Of a DNA stretch of 64,000 bases, positions 31,480 to 41,888 are shown one piece after another. Each line of letters opens with the position of its first letter. Position 1 is the first letter of the stretch. The translations under genes and the position numbers were made by a program. Source of the stretch: a bacterium (GTDB lineage: Bacteria > CLD3 > SB21); contig JABWCP010000017.1 in assembly GCA_013360215.1 (NCBI GenBank), forward strand, positions 1 through 64,000. The letters run 5' to 3'. The notes under the pieces were generated by a model. It did no database searches. It worked only from the letters and a program-made list of their open reading frames with translations, and had not been told where the DNA came from.

Positions 31480-31513
31480 AAACCGGATACCTTTACGGGT
31501 GTCCGGTTTTTTT
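31480..31513 (+). terminator. Intrinsic terminator after ftsH
   Basis: AAACCGGATACC-TTTACG-GGTGTCCGG followed by T7. Confidence 0.85.
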
Positions 31514-31577
31514 ATGAATGGTGGTTGTTTATTGGTGATAATTTTGTAAATTGCGTCCCTTAAATTTGAGGTGTGTT

Positions 31578-32663
31578 ATGCGCATCGGTATTTCTACAGG
31601 CGGGGGCGATTGCCCGGGACTAAACGCAGTAATTCGTGGAGTCACTGTTTCCGCGATCAACAACTACGGCTGGGAAGTTATCGGCATTCAGGACGGTTTT
31701 GAAGGTTTGCTCGATACCTCTAAAACACAAGTTTTAAAACTTAAAGACGTTGAAGGAATTATCGGTCTCGGAGGCACGATATTGGGAACGACCAATCATG
31801 GTAATCCTTTCAAATATCCCGTCAAAAAGAACGGTACGGCAGAGATCAAAGATCTGTCCGACGTTGTATTAGCCAATATCAAAAAGCTGGAACTGGATGC
31901 CTTGATTGTAGTCGGTGGAGACGGAACGCAAACTATCAGCCGTGACTTGTGGCGTAAAGGTGCGCCGATCGTTGGTATTCCTAAAACTATAGATAATGAT
32001 CTTTTATCTACGGATGTAACGATCGGATACAATACCGCTGTTACCATCGCCGTGGATGCACTTGATAAACTGCATACTACAGCCAAAAGTCATCATCGTG
32101 CTATGGTCGTTGAAGTGATGGGGCGATATACGGGTTGGATTGCATTAGAAGCCGGTATTTCCGGTGCGGTGGATGTCATACTGATTCCTGAAATCCCTTT
32201 TGAAATAACCAAAGTTTGTGCGCACCTACAGAAGCGCATTGAACAAGGTAAAAACTATAGCATCATCATGGTAGCCGAAGGTGCAATGCCGGTCGGCGGT
32301 AAAACCATGATACTTGAAACGGCCGAACAAAACGTCGGCGGGGCTGAACGTCTTGGAGGCATTGGTAACTGGGTCAGCGCTCAGATCGAAAAAGAGTCGG
32401 GTGTCGAATCGCGTTGCGTTGTCCTGGGGCATATTCAGCGCGGCGGACCTCCGTCGCACATTGATCGTCTTTTTGCCTCGCGTATGGGTGCGTATGCCGT
32501 AGAATTGGCACAACAAAAAATGTTTGGTTATATGGCAAGTGCCCGTAATAAAGAAATCATTCACGTCAGCATAGAAAATGCCGTCGAAAAAATCCGTTAT
32601 ATTAACCCGGATAGTGAAACGGTAAAATCAGCTCGACAAATCGGAATCAGCTTCGGAAATTAG
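31578..32663 (+). CDS. pfkA: 6-phosphofructokinase (group III-like, probably ATP-dependent); start ATG 31578
   Basis: TGGGDCPGLNAVIR, GGDGT, PKTIDND, EVMGR, LGHIQRGG motifs; GAGG SD. Confidence 0.93.
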   Translation: MRIGISTGGGDCPGLNAVIRGVTVSAINNYGWEVIGIQDGFEGLLDTSKTQVLKLKDVEGIIGLGGTILGTTNHGNPFKYPVKKNGTAEIKDLSDVVLANIKKLELDALIVVGGDGTQTISRDLWRKGAPIVGIPKTIDNDLLSTDVTIGYNTAVTIAVDALDKLHTTAKSHHRAMVVEVMGRYTGWIALEAGISGAVDVILIPEIPFEITKVCAHLQKRIEQGKNYSIIMVAEGAMPVGGKTMILETAEQNVGGAERLGGIGNWVSAQIEKESGVESRCVVLGHIQRGGPPSHIDRLFASRMGAYAVELAQQKMFGYMASARNKEIIHVSIENAVEKIRYINPDSETVKSARQIGISFGN

Positions 32664-32664
32664 T

Positions 32665-33366
32665 ATGCGCATTGCGATCATATCGGATATACACGGAAAT
32701 ATGGAAGCGTTGCGCCAGGCGTTGGATATTATCGGCGAACTCGGAACCGATGAAATTGTGTGCCTTGGTGACATCGTCGGCTACGGCCCGGATCCCGAAC
32801 CGTGTGTGGATTTAATTCGCAAGCACTGTAAAACCGTGATCATGGGTAATCATGACAATGCCGTAATCGATATGTCCGCTACTGAAAATTTTAATCCCGT
32901 GGCCAAACAAGCGGTATGGTGGACGCATCAGCAGTTGAGTCCCGAAAGTTTATCCTTTCTTCAAGGATTGCCATACCGCAACCAACGTCAGGATTTACTC
33001 TTTGTGCATGCATCGCCGATGAATCCGGCCAAGTGGACGTATCTTTTTACGATCAATGACGCCTTACCGGAATTCGATGCATTTCAAGAGCGGATATGTT
33101 TTGTAGGTCATACGCATTCGCCGCGTGTGTTTTGCAATTCTCCGCATGCGACGGCGATAACCCGCGAATTCCAGTTTATTATCAATGTTGGCAGCGTCGG
33201 CCAACCGCGGGATGGCGATGCGCGTTTGAGTTTTGGATTGTTTGATACAGAAAAATGGGATTATAAAAATATTCGCAGTGAGTACGATGTTCAGACCACG
33301 GCACGCAAAACCCGCGAACGGGGATTACCGGTGATATTGGCGGAACGCCTTCTGCGCGGACGATAA
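32665..33366 (+). CDS. Calcineurin-like metallophosphoesterase
   Basis: SDIHGN, LGDIVGYG, GNHD, GHTH, NVGSVGQPRD motifs. Confidence 0.92.
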   Translation: MRIAIISDIHGNMEALRQALDIIGELGTDEIVCLGDIVGYGPDPEPCVDLIRKHCKTVIMGNHDNAVIDMSATENFNPVAKQAVWWTHQQLSPESLSFLQGLPYRNQRQDLLFVHASPMNPAKWTYLFTINDALPEFDAFQERICFVGHTHSPRVFCNSPHATAITREFQFIINVGSVGQPRDGDARLSFGLFDTEKWDYKNIRSEYDVQTTARKTRERGLPVILAERLLRGR

Positions 33367-33396
33367 AAAGAAACTTACAGGGAGTATACAGATACG

Positions 33397-36300
33397 ATGA
33401 TTCAAAGCCTTTTATCCAAGATTTTTGGAAACAAACACGAACGCGATGTAAAAAAGCTCTATCCGATCGTGGATGCGATCAATCAAAACTTTCAACAATT
33501 CGACACCCTATCGGACGACGAATTGCGCGCCAAAACCAACGAGTTTCGTGATCGGATACGCGAAAGCACGAAAGAAGAAATAGCCGCTGTACAGGCGATC
33601 AAAGAAACGATACGAACCAATACCGATCCGAATCGTTCTAAAACTTTGGTTGAAGAACTTAAAGTTGGCGAAAAAACTTTGCGCGAAGCGGAACAATATA
33701 TTTTAGATGAAATTTTACCCGAGGCTTTTGCCTGTGTAAAACAAGCCTGCAAACGCTTGGTTGGGCAAAAATACATGGTTTGCGGCCGTGAAGTAAAGTG
33801 GGATATGGTACCATACGACGTACAAATGATCGGCGGGATCGCATTGCATGAAGGTAAAATCTCTGAAATGTCAACCGGTGAAGGTAAAACACTGGTGGCA
33901 GTAGCGCCGGTTTATTTGAATGCGCTGGCCGGACACGGCGTCCACCTTGTTACCGTCAACGATTACCTTGCTTTGCGTGACAAAGAATGGATGGGGAAAG
34001 TTTATGAATTCTTGGGGCTTACGATCGGCGTGATTCTTAACGATATGAACCCCACGCAACGCCGTGTAGCCTACGGTTGCGATATTACGTACGGTACGAA
34101 TAATGAATTTGGTTTTGATTATTTGCGTGATAATATGGCTACTTCACCCGATGACGTTGTGCAGATTCGCGGGCATCATTATGCAATCGTGGACGAAGTG
34201 GATTCGGTGTTGATAGATGAAGCGCGTACGCCCTTGATTATCAGCGGCGCTGTAGATACTCCGACCAATCAGAAATACGAAGAAAGTAATCCGGGTGTAC
34301 GGCGCCTCGTGGACTTGCAAACACGTTTGGTGAGCCAATTGGTGGCTGATGCGGATAAGCTGATCACTGAAGGAAAAAATAAAGAAGCCGGCATCAAGCT
34401 GCTGATGGCACAGCGCGGTGCGCCAAAAAACAAACGATTGATGAAAGCCATGACGGAAGAAGGTGTTGCGCAATTGATACAAAGTGTCGAAAGCGAATAT
34501 CTCCGCGATAAAAAAATGCACGAAATCGATGAAGAGCTGTTTTTCGCTATTGACGAAAAAAATCACGGTATAGATCTTACTGAAAAAGGACGCAATGCCC
34601 TGTCACCGTCCAATCCTGAGATGTTTGTGATTCCCGATTTATCTGAGGAAATCATCAAAATTGACGGCAATAAAGAATTAACCGATCATCAGAAAGCAAT
34701 CAAAAAAGAAGAACTCGGCACGCTGTACGCCGAGCGCAGTGATCGCATTCACAGTATCGAAAAATTGCTCACGGCCTACTCACTCTATGAAAAAGATGTC
34801 GAATACGTCGTACAAGACGGAAAAGTGCAAATTGTGGATGAATTTACGGGCCGTATTTTGCACGGAAGACGTTATAGTGATGGGTTACATCAAGCCATCG
34901 AAGCCAAAGAGAATGTAAAAGTCGAAAAAGATACGCAAACGTTGGCGACTATCACACTTCAAAATTATTTCCGTTTGTATAGCAAATTAGCCGGTATGAC
35001 CGGTACGGCTTCAACGGAATCAACTGAGTTTTATGAAATTTACAAACTTGATGTAACGGCAATTCCGACCAATAAACCCATTCAGCGTGAAGATTTTGAA
35101 GATATGATCTATCGCACTAAACGGGAAAAATACAACGCTGTCATTGAACTGATACGTGAAAATCATAAAGCCGGTAAACCCACGCTGGTCGGAACTACCT
35201 CCGTCGAGGTGTCGGAGACCTTAAGCCGTATGCTGTCCCGCACGGGCATCAAACACGAAGTGCTCAACGCCAAACAAAATCAGCGTGAAGCGGAGATCAT
35301 ATCCAACGCCGGACAAAAAAGCGCCGTAACGATAGCTACCAATATGGCAGGCCGTGGTACGGATATCAAATTGGGCTCCGGTGTCGTAGAAGCCGGAGGT
35401 TTGCAGATCATCGGTACCGAAAGGCATGAATCCCGGCGTATTGACTTACAGTTACGCGGGCGAAGCGGTCGTCAAGGCGATCCGGGTAGCTCGGTGTTTT
35501 TTATTTCCCTCGAAGACGATCTCATGCGCCTTTTTGGTTCCGATCGTATTGCGCGGGTTATGGACAAATTGGGTGCCGAAGAAGGTGAAGTGATATCACA
35601 CCGCTGGATAACCAAAGCGGTCGAAAGAGCGCAAAAGCGAGTAGAGTTCCGTAATTTCAGCATTCGTAAACGCCTCATCGAATACGATGACGTGATGAAT
35701 CAACAACGTGAAATCATTTATAGCCGCCGCCGTCGAGCACTGATGGGTGAAAACATCAAAGTAGAGTTCCTTGATGTTCTGGACGAATTTGTAGAAATGC
35801 TCAATGATCGCTTTGTCAAAAATCAACCGCATCCCGAGGATTGGGATTTGGTTGGATTGACGGAGACACTGTTGCGTTCCTGTGGTATTGCCGTTGCACA
35901 AGATGAGTTTTATAAATTAAATGCCGAGCAGTTTTCCGTTCACATTCGCGGAATGCTCATGGAGCGTTATCAACAGCGCGAAGAAGTTTGGTCATCTGAA
36001 AACATGCGCCGTATCGAGCGTATCGCCGTTCTCAAGACCATTGATGAACGTTGGAAAGAGCATCTACGTGAAATGGAAGAGTTTAAAGAAGGTATCCACT
36101 TACGCGGTTATGGTCAGAAAGATCCGCTGATCGAATACAAAACCGAAGGTTTTGAGATGTTCATGCAATTGCTTGACCGCATCACATCCGAAATTGTGGA
36201 ATTTGTTTTTCGCGCGGAACCGGCTGCAGAGATGGAACAACAAATGATTCGCCGCGCACGTGCTATGAAGGCTGTGCATGCATCATCGGAAGGAATGGGC

Positions 36301-36441
36301 TTTAGCGGGAGCGGGGATGAGCAGGCTGAACGACCCGTGCAATCGACTACAACGCCGATACGTGCCGAACAAAAAGTTGGACGTAACGACCCGTGTCCTT
36401 GCGGCAGTGGAAAAAAATATAAACAATGCCACGGCAAATAG
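33397..36441 (+). CDS. secA: Preprotein translocase subunit SecA
   Basis: MSTGEGKT, IVDEVDSVLIDEARTPLIISG, TNMAGRGTDI, C-terminal [13 protein letters not shown]. Confidence 0.99.
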   Translation: MIQSLLSKIFGNKHERDVKKLYPIVDAINQNFQQFDTLSDDELRAKTNEFRDRIRESTKEEIAAVQAIKETIRTNTDPNRSKTLVEELKVGEKTLREAEQYILDEILPEAFACVKQACKRLVGQKYMVCGREVKWDMVPYDVQMIGGIALHEGKISEMSTGEGKTLVAVAPVYLNALAGHGVHLVTVNDYLALRDKEWMGKVYEFLGLTIGVILNDMNPTQRRVAYGCDITYGTNNEFGFDYLRDNMATSPDDVVQIRGHHYAIVDEVDSVLIDEARTPLIISGAVDTPTNQKYEESNPGVRRLVDLQTRLVSQLVADADKLITEGKNKEAGIKLLMAQRGAPKNKRLMKAMTEEGVAQLIQSVESEYLRDKKMHEIDEELFFAIDEKNHGIDLTEKGRNALSPSNPEMFVIPDLSEEIIKIDGNKELTDHQKAIKKEELGTLYAERSDRIHSIEKLLTAYSLYEKDVEYVVQDGKVQIVDEFTGRILHGRRYSDGLHQAIEAKENVKVEKDTQTLATITLQNYFRLYSKLAGMTGTASTESTEFYEIYKLDVTAIPTNKPIQREDFEDMIYRTKREKYNAVIELIRENHKAGKPTLVGTTSVEVSETLSRMLSRTGIKHEVLNAKQNQREAEIISNAGQKSAVTIATNMAGRGTDIKLGSGVVEAGGLQIIGTERHESRRIDLQLRGRSGRQGDPGSSVFFISLEDDLMRLFGSDRIARVMDKLGAEEGEVISHRWITKAVERAQKRVEFRNFSIRKRLIEYDDVMNQQREIIYSRRRRALMGENIKVEFLDVLDEFVEMLNDRFVKNQPHPEDWDLVGLTETLLRSCGIAVAQDEFYKLNAEQFSVHIRGMLMERYQQREEVWSSENMRRIERIAVLKTIDERWKEHLREMEEFKEGIHLRGYGQKDPLIEYKTEGFEMFMQLLDRITSEIVEFVFRAEPAAEMEQQMIRRARAMKAVHASSEGMGFSGSGDEQAERPVQSTTTPIRAEQKVGRNDPCPCGSGKKYKQCHGK

Positions 36442-36944
36442 TAGTTACAACGCCTCGTTTAACACTTCAAGCTTTGGATATAGAGTCACTGAAGTTGTTA
36501 AGTGAAAATCGTACTAAATTCGCTCAGCATCTAGGCGTTAATATCCCGGAGCATTGGCCAGCTCCCGATTTGATTGAAGCGTTGCCATTTTTTATCGGTT
36601 TGATCGAACAGAATCCGAGCGCGTACATGTGGCTGGTATGGATTACTGTCGAAACAAAAGCCAAAAATATCGTAGGCGGGATCGGGTTTAAAGGATCCCC
36701 TGATATGCAGGGAACCGTCGAAGTAGGCTACGATACGGCAGAAATGTATCGTGGTCTTGGCCTTGCTACAGAGGCTTTACAAGGCATAACAAACTGGGCT
36801 TTTGAGCAAAGTCAAGTCCGTCGGGTGATAGCGGAGACTGATAAATCAAACTTCCAATCCCATCGAGTATTGGAAAAAGCAGGATATTTAAAGTCCGGTG
36901 AAAATGAAACAATGTTTTTTTGGGAAAGGCTTAGATCATTATGA
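36426..36944 (+). CDS. GNAT (RimJ/RimL-like) N-acetyltransferase
   Basis: VEVGY...[11 protein letters not shown]...[13 protein letters not shown]; overlaps the end of secA by 16 nt. Confidence 0.88.
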   Translation: MPRQIVVTTPRLTLQALDIESLKLLSENRTKFAQHLGVNIPEHWPAPDLIEALPFFIGLIEQNPSAYMWLVWITVETKAKNIVGGIGFKGSPDMQGTVEVGYDTAEMYRGLGLATEALQGITNWAFEQSQVRRVIAETDKSNFQSHRVLEKAGYLKSGENETMFFWERLRSL

Positions 36945-37834
36945 AGTCTAGTGCACCGGTACAGCAGACTGATTTTAAAAACTTAAAATTGATGCGTCGC
37001 GGAAAAGTTCGTGACGTGTATGATCTCGGTGACAAACTGCTCATCGTAGTGACAGATCGCATATCCGCGTTTGACGTGATCATGAAAGATCCAATACCGC
37101 AAAAAGGCGTAGTTCTCAATACGATGGCCTCATTTTGGTTTGATCAGACACGTCATATTATTCGAAATCATGTGATCACTACGGATGTTGAAAAATATCC
37201 AGAGCCTTGCAAGACCTACCGCGATGCACTTCAAGGGCGAAGTATGCTTGTCGAAAAAGCGAAATCGCTGCCGGTAGAGTGCATTGTCCGTGGCTATATT
37301 TCAGGCTCAGGTTGGAACGAATATCAAAGAACCGGAACCGTCTGCGGCGTCGTTTTGCCCCAAGGTTTAAAAGAATCGGATAAACTCCCGGAACCAATTT
37401 TTACGCCGACGACAAAAGCGGAACAAGGTCACGATCAGAATATTACCTTTGATGAAATGTGTAAAACGATAGGCAAAGATGTTGCTGAACAAGTCCGCGC
37501 TACGAGCATTAAGATTTATCAATTTGCTCAAACTCTGGCAGCTTCTAAAGGTATTATCATTGCCGATACGAAGATGGAGTTCGGCATCAAAGATGGTGAA
37601 TTGATATTGATCGATGAACTTTTATCGCCGGATTCATCGCGATTTTGGCCTGCTGATCAATATAAACCGGGTGATAAACAGCCGAGTTATGACAAACAAT
37701 TTCTTAGGGATTATCTGTTAGCTATTAAGTGGGATAATAATACAGCCGCACCCATTTTGCCGGAAGATATTATTAAGAAAACAGGCGAGAAATATCGTGA
37801 AGCGCTTCGGCTGATCACCGGTATAAATTTATAA
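36941..37834 (+). CDS. purC: SAICAR synthetase (long type, intact motifs)
   Basis: [57 protein letters not shown]. Confidence 0.96.
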   Translation: MKSSAPVQQTDFKNLKLMRRGKVRDVYDLGDKLLIVVTDRISAFDVIMKDPIPQKGVVLNTMASFWFDQTRHIIRNHVITTDVEKYPEPCKTYRDALQGRSMLVEKAKSLPVECIVRGYISGSGWNEYQRTGTVCGVVLPQGLKESDKLPEPIFTPTTKAEQGHDQNITFDEMCKTIGKDVAEQVRATSIKIYQFAQTLAASKGIIIADTKMEFGIKDGELILIDELLSPDSSRFWPADQYKPGDKQPSYDKQFLRDYLLAIKWDNNTAAPILPEDIIKKTGEKYREALRLITGINL

Positions 37835-38245
37835 TCATTTTTCACCGGCCATTTTCATCAATTCTTTCCAAAGAGTATCCGGTACTTTGCTGACAGACAG
37901 TCGGCTGATACGCACCAACTCTAACTGAGCGAGTTTCGGGTTAGATTTGATTTCTGCAAGAGTTACCGGCTTAGCTAAAGTTTTACCCACCGACAGTTCC
38001 ACCACGACAAGCTTAGGATTTTTCGATTTAGGATCAGGATAGGCTTCTTTATTTACTACCGCTGTTCCCACAAGGCATTTACCATCGTTGCTGTGATAAA
38101 ATAATACGGTGTCACCTTTTTTCATGGATCGCAAATTAATAAGTGCGGCTGGATTTTTGACGCCGTCCCAAACCGTAGTTTTGTCTTTTTGGAATTGTTC
38201 AAATGAATAAACGGACGGTTCTGATTTGACGATCCAATACGCCAT
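37835..38245 (-). CDS. EVE domain-containing protein
   Basis: YWIVKSEP, WDGVKN, MKKGDTVLFYHS, RLSVSKV motifs. Confidence 0.93.
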   Translation of the reverse strand: MAYWIVKSEPSVYSFEQFQKDKTTVWDGVKNPAALINLRSMKKGDTVLFYHSNDGKCLVGTAVVNKEAYPDPKSKNPKLVVVELSVGKTLAKPVTLAEIKSNPKLAQLELVRISRLSVSKVPDTLWKELMKMAGEK

Positions 38246-38257
38246 ATATGCTCTCCT

Positions 38258-39817
38258 TTAAGATGGATTTTCTTTTGGCAAAGTGATGGTAAAAGTTGTT
38301 CCGAGGTTTTCGATGCTATCGACAGAGATAGTGCCTTGATGCTCTTCGATTATTTTTTTTACGATCGCCAGACCAAGTCCCATACTAGTTGTTTTCGTTG
38401 AAAAATGAGGCTCAAAAATTCGTTCGAGATTAGATTTGGGAATTCCGTATCCGTTATCGGCAATAATAAGTTGTACGTGTGTGTTCACATCTATCGTTGC
38501 TATACGAATCAGGCGATCCTGTTTGTTTGAAACTGCGGCCAGCGCATTATCAATAAGGTTAATTAATACGCGTTTGAATGCCTCGGTATCAAGGGGAATA
38601 AATGGAAGGCGATCATCTAATTTTTTTTCGAAGGGGATAGCGGCATACATCAGGATGATATCTTCAATAAGTTTATTCAGAGACGAAGGCTTAAGAACAA
38701 CGATCGGCATACGTGCAAAATCCGAAAATTCTTTGGTCAAATTGCGTAATGTTTCAATTTCTTCTTCGATGATAGTTGTGCATTCCGCGAGAAGTTTCCG
38801 ATATTTTTCATCATTTCCGGCGTATGAATCTTTAATTTGCTGAATCGTAAGTTGTATCGGAGTAAGCGGGTTTTTTATCTCGTGCGCCATACGTTGCGCC
38901 ATTTCACGCCATGTCGCTGTTTTTTCAAGTTGTAAAATGCGCTGCTGCTCTTCACGAAGGTTTTGAACCATTTGATTAAGGGCGGCGGCTAAAGCACCAA
39001 ATTCATCCCTTGTGTCCAGTTGTAAACTATAATCCATTTGCCCCTTAGCAATATTGGAAGCCTGCCGACTAAGCGCCTGAAACGGTTTGAACATCTGGCC
39101 GATAAAAAACCATAAAAGTAAAATAAATATAGATGCAGGTACAAGTACCGCGGCAAAGAATATCCATAGATGAGAAAAGCGCATGTTATCTGCGCCACGG
39201 AGCAGCAAAGTATATTGATTGTTCGCAGCGACAATACGCTCGTATTTTTTGGCGAATTCCTTTTCTACCATCCGCGCCGTGATAAGGTAACCCTGCTGTT
39301 GTGAAGGCAACGCCAGCGTTGTTTTGTACACGAGGGACCGATTGATACTGTCGTAAGCGGAGGTAGATCTTGCAAATTGTTCATCTGTTTTGAGGCTATC
39401 GGGAAACACGGACGAAAGGCGTTTGTCTAGTATGCTTAAATGCCGGAATAAACAACGGCCGTTTTCGTCATACAAAAAAACGCCATCTATACGGAGTTGA
39501 GTAAATAAAGGCAAGCCGATAAAGGCCTGAAACTGATCGGAGGTCAATTTTTGGCCTTGTAAACGGATAATGAAATCAGTGAATTCGGGTCGCTGTGAAA
39601 AAGCACGAGCATTTTCTGAAAAAATGCGACGTTCGTCTTCGATCAGATTTTCGGCTATTTGACGACCACTAACCAGCGCTTGTCCGATTTTATTGTCCAT
39701 CAGTTGTTCGGAAAAGCGTGATGAAAAATAATGAAATCCGAAAATTGCGATACCGGTAATGAACAGTATCGAAGCGGCTGCGGCGATTAAAATCTTTTTT
39801 TCTAAGGGAACCCGCAT
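38258..39817 (-). CDS. Membrane sensor histidine kinase (HAMP-HisKA-HATPase, NtrY-like); no adjacent response regulator
   Basis: Two TM segments, HAMP (DEFGALAAALNQM), WREMAQRMAHEIKNPLTPIQL, NLIDNA, DNGYG, GLGL. Confidence 0.93.
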   Translation of the reverse strand: MRVPLEKKILIAAAASILFITGIAIFGFHYFSSRFSEQLMDNKIGQALVSGRQIAENLIEDERRIFSENARAFSQRPEFTDFIIRLQGQKLTSDQFQAFIGLPLFTQLRIDGVFLYDENGRCLFRHLSILDKRLSSVFPDSLKTDEQFARSTSAYDSINRSLVYKTTLALPSQQQGYLITARMVEKEFAKKYERIVAANNQYTLLLRGADNMRFSHLWIFFAAVLVPASIFILLLWFFIGQMFKPFQALSRQASNIAKGQMDYSLQLDTRDEFGALAAALNQMVQNLREEQQRILQLEKTATWREMAQRMAHEIKNPLTPIQLTIQQIKDSYAGNDEKYRKLLAECTTIIEEEIETLRNLTKEFSDFARMPIVVLKPSSLNKLIEDIILMYAAIPFEKKLDDRLPFIPLDTEAFKRVLINLIDNALAAVSNKQDRLIRIATIDVNTHVQLIIADNGYGIPKSNLERIFEPHFSTKTTSMGLGLAIVKKIIEEHQGTISVDSIENLGTTFTITLPKENPS

Positions 39818-39866
39818 ATGAGCATTAAACCAAAGATAACGTTATTGTACACATACACGATAGTTC

Positions 39867-39896
39867 TTGCAGATGTATGGCGGAATAAATTATATT
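39867..39896 (+). promoter_or_regulatory. Putative sigma70-type promoter of the VanW gene
   Basis: TTGCAG-N18-TATATT. Confidence 0.45.
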
Positions 39897-39980
39897 GCAC
39901 CAGTTTAAAAAGTTTTTTTACGTTATACAAGCGCGTATTTAACCTATTTATTGCGAAAAAAGATAGGGGTAACTCTGACG

Positions 39981-41888
39981 ATGGCCGATACAACTGAAGT
40001 AGAATACATTATTGATCACAATCAAACTCAGGTCAATCTTTCGTCAGCACCGAGTTTACAGATACGTACATTCATTCCTCATAAAATAATGCGGTCGCTA
40101 TATTATTTTGTTTTAGCTAGCGGATTGATTTTATTTATCGTTTCCGTAAATAATTTGTATCTCAATAACAGGATTCCATGGAACACTATGGTCCATGACG
40201 TTTCCGTCGGAGGTATGACCGTTTCTCAGGCGCGCGCGGCAATGACTGTATATGTAGATGAGTTTAAAAATCGGGATGTTCGATTATTGACGGAAGAAGG
40301 AGAGTTCCTAACCAAAAATTCCGAGTTCCAGCCGACTTTTGATATAGAAAAAGCCATAGTAACAGCTTTCGAGCGTGGCCATAATCCGGATCCGTGGAAA
40401 AACGTTCAAACGCGCACCGCGTCTATGTTTTTCTCAGTTAGAGTTCCGTTAGAAGGCTGGTACGACGAAAATCGTTTTGTCCGAACTATCATCAACAAAA
40501 TTCCCAAGCTTAAGAATAATCAACCGATAGACGCTACTGTAGCTTGGGCTGATCGTCAATTCAAAGCTGTGGCAGGGCGAGGCGGACTTGGATTTGATGA
40601 AGAAAAAGCAAAAAAATCATTTTCTGAAAATATCCGATCCTTCGCGTCCATAGATATACCTGTAGATATACGAAGTAAAGAGCCGGATGTCACGATAGCC
40701 GCTACAACTAAGGCAATTCGACGTGCCTACGCGGCGTACGGGAAAAACGTTCGTATGTATTATACATACGATGGCTATAACTACGATTCGTGGGCTTTTG
40801 CAATATCTGATCGGAGAGAATTTATCGAATTCCGCAAAGTGTGGGAAGGAAATGAATTTGCTTTATATCCGGTGCTTAATACAGAGATGTTACGTGAAGA
40901 GCTCAATCGTCGCGTTGCGCCGTATATGTATCGTGCTAAAGAAGATGTTACAATTCGTGATGATAATGGTAAAATAGTTGTTGAAGGTGTCGCCCGCGAC
41001 GGATATTATCTTGACATACCGCGTTCGATCATCAATATCAACGAATCCGTCATGAAGGGGATATTGGATACAGTCGGCAATATTCGCGCAGATTTAGTAG
41101 TAGCTCATCTTACCGGCGGCATATCTAACCCTGATAATCCCTTTGGTATTACGGACGTATTAGCAACCGGAGTTACGGATTATTTTGGTTCACCGGAAAA
41201 TCGTAAATTTAATATTAACCACGCAGCAAAAAATTTTCAAAATATTGTGGTCAAGCCGGGTGAAGATTTTTCATTTTTAAAATATCTCGGTGAAGTGGAC
41301 AGCCTTTCCGGGTACCTCAAAGAACTTGTAATCGTAAACGGAGACAGCAGTGAGCCTAATTGGGGCGGCGGAGTATGTCAGGTTTCAAGTACGCTTTTTA
41401 GAACTGTTTTTTTTGCCGGATTGAATGTCAAAAAACGCACTAACCATTCTTATGCTGTTAAATATTATGAACCGCTTGGGTTAGATGCGACGATCTTTAT
41501 ACCTGCACCGGATTTGGTATTTGAAAACGATACCAAAAATACGATTATCATTCAAAATCTTGTTGATCTCAAACGAACCAAAATGTATTTCAAACTTTTT
41601 GGAAAAAAAGACGGGCGGAAAGTTGAGTATGAGGGCCCGATAGATCAGGGGACAGTCGGCGAAAAAAATGAACACTACCGCGTTATGTGGACGCGTACGG
41701 TCGAGTTGCCGGATGGAACAAAACGGGCGGACAAATTCGGTTCGACATACAAAAATAAGGACCTTGTTAAAAAACATAAACCGGATTCGACACTCAATAC
41801 CCCTGCAGACAGTTCCGGGTTACGAAATGGTGTTGTTTTTGGTGATTCAGCCCACACCAGTGCGACGACGTCCAATACACCCAATTAA
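39981..41888 (+). CDS. VanW-family protein with N-terminal TM and peptidoglycan-binding-like (YoaR) regions; start probably ATG 39981
   Basis: NRKFNI...VKPGEDFSF...GGGVCQVSSTLF...NHSY...GLDATI...DLVFENDT VanW core; VSVGGMTVSQA motif. Confidence 0.88.
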   Translation: MADTTEVEYIIDHNQTQVNLSSAPSLQIRTFIPHKIMRSLYYFVLASGLILFIVSVNNLYLNNRIPWNTMVHDVSVGGMTVSQARAAMTVYVDEFKNRDVRLLTEEGEFLTKNSEFQPTFDIEKAIVTAFERGHNPDPWKNVQTRTASMFFSVRVPLEGWYDENRFVRTIINKIPKLKNNQPIDATVAWADRQFKAVAGRGGLGFDEEKAKKSFSENIRSFASIDIPVDIRSKEPDVTIAATTKAIRRAYAAYGKNVRMYYTYDGYNYDSWAFAISDRREFIEFRKVWEGNEFALYPVLNTEMLREELNRRVAPYMYRAKEDVTIRDDNGKIVVEGVARDGYYLDIPRSIININESVMKGILDTVGNIRADLVVAHLTGGISNPDNPFGITDVLATGVTDYFGSPENRKFNINHAAKNFQNIVVKPGEDFSFLKYLGEVDSLSGYLKELVIVNGDSSEPNWGGGVCQVSSTLFRTVFFAGLNVKKRTNHSYAVKYYEPLGLDATIFIPAPDLVFENDTKNTIIIQNLVDLKRTKMYFKLFGKKDGRKVEYEGPIDQGTVGEKNEHYRVMWTRTVELPDGTKRADKFGSTYKNKDLVKKHKPDSTLNTPADSSGLRNGVVFGDSAHTSATTSNTPN

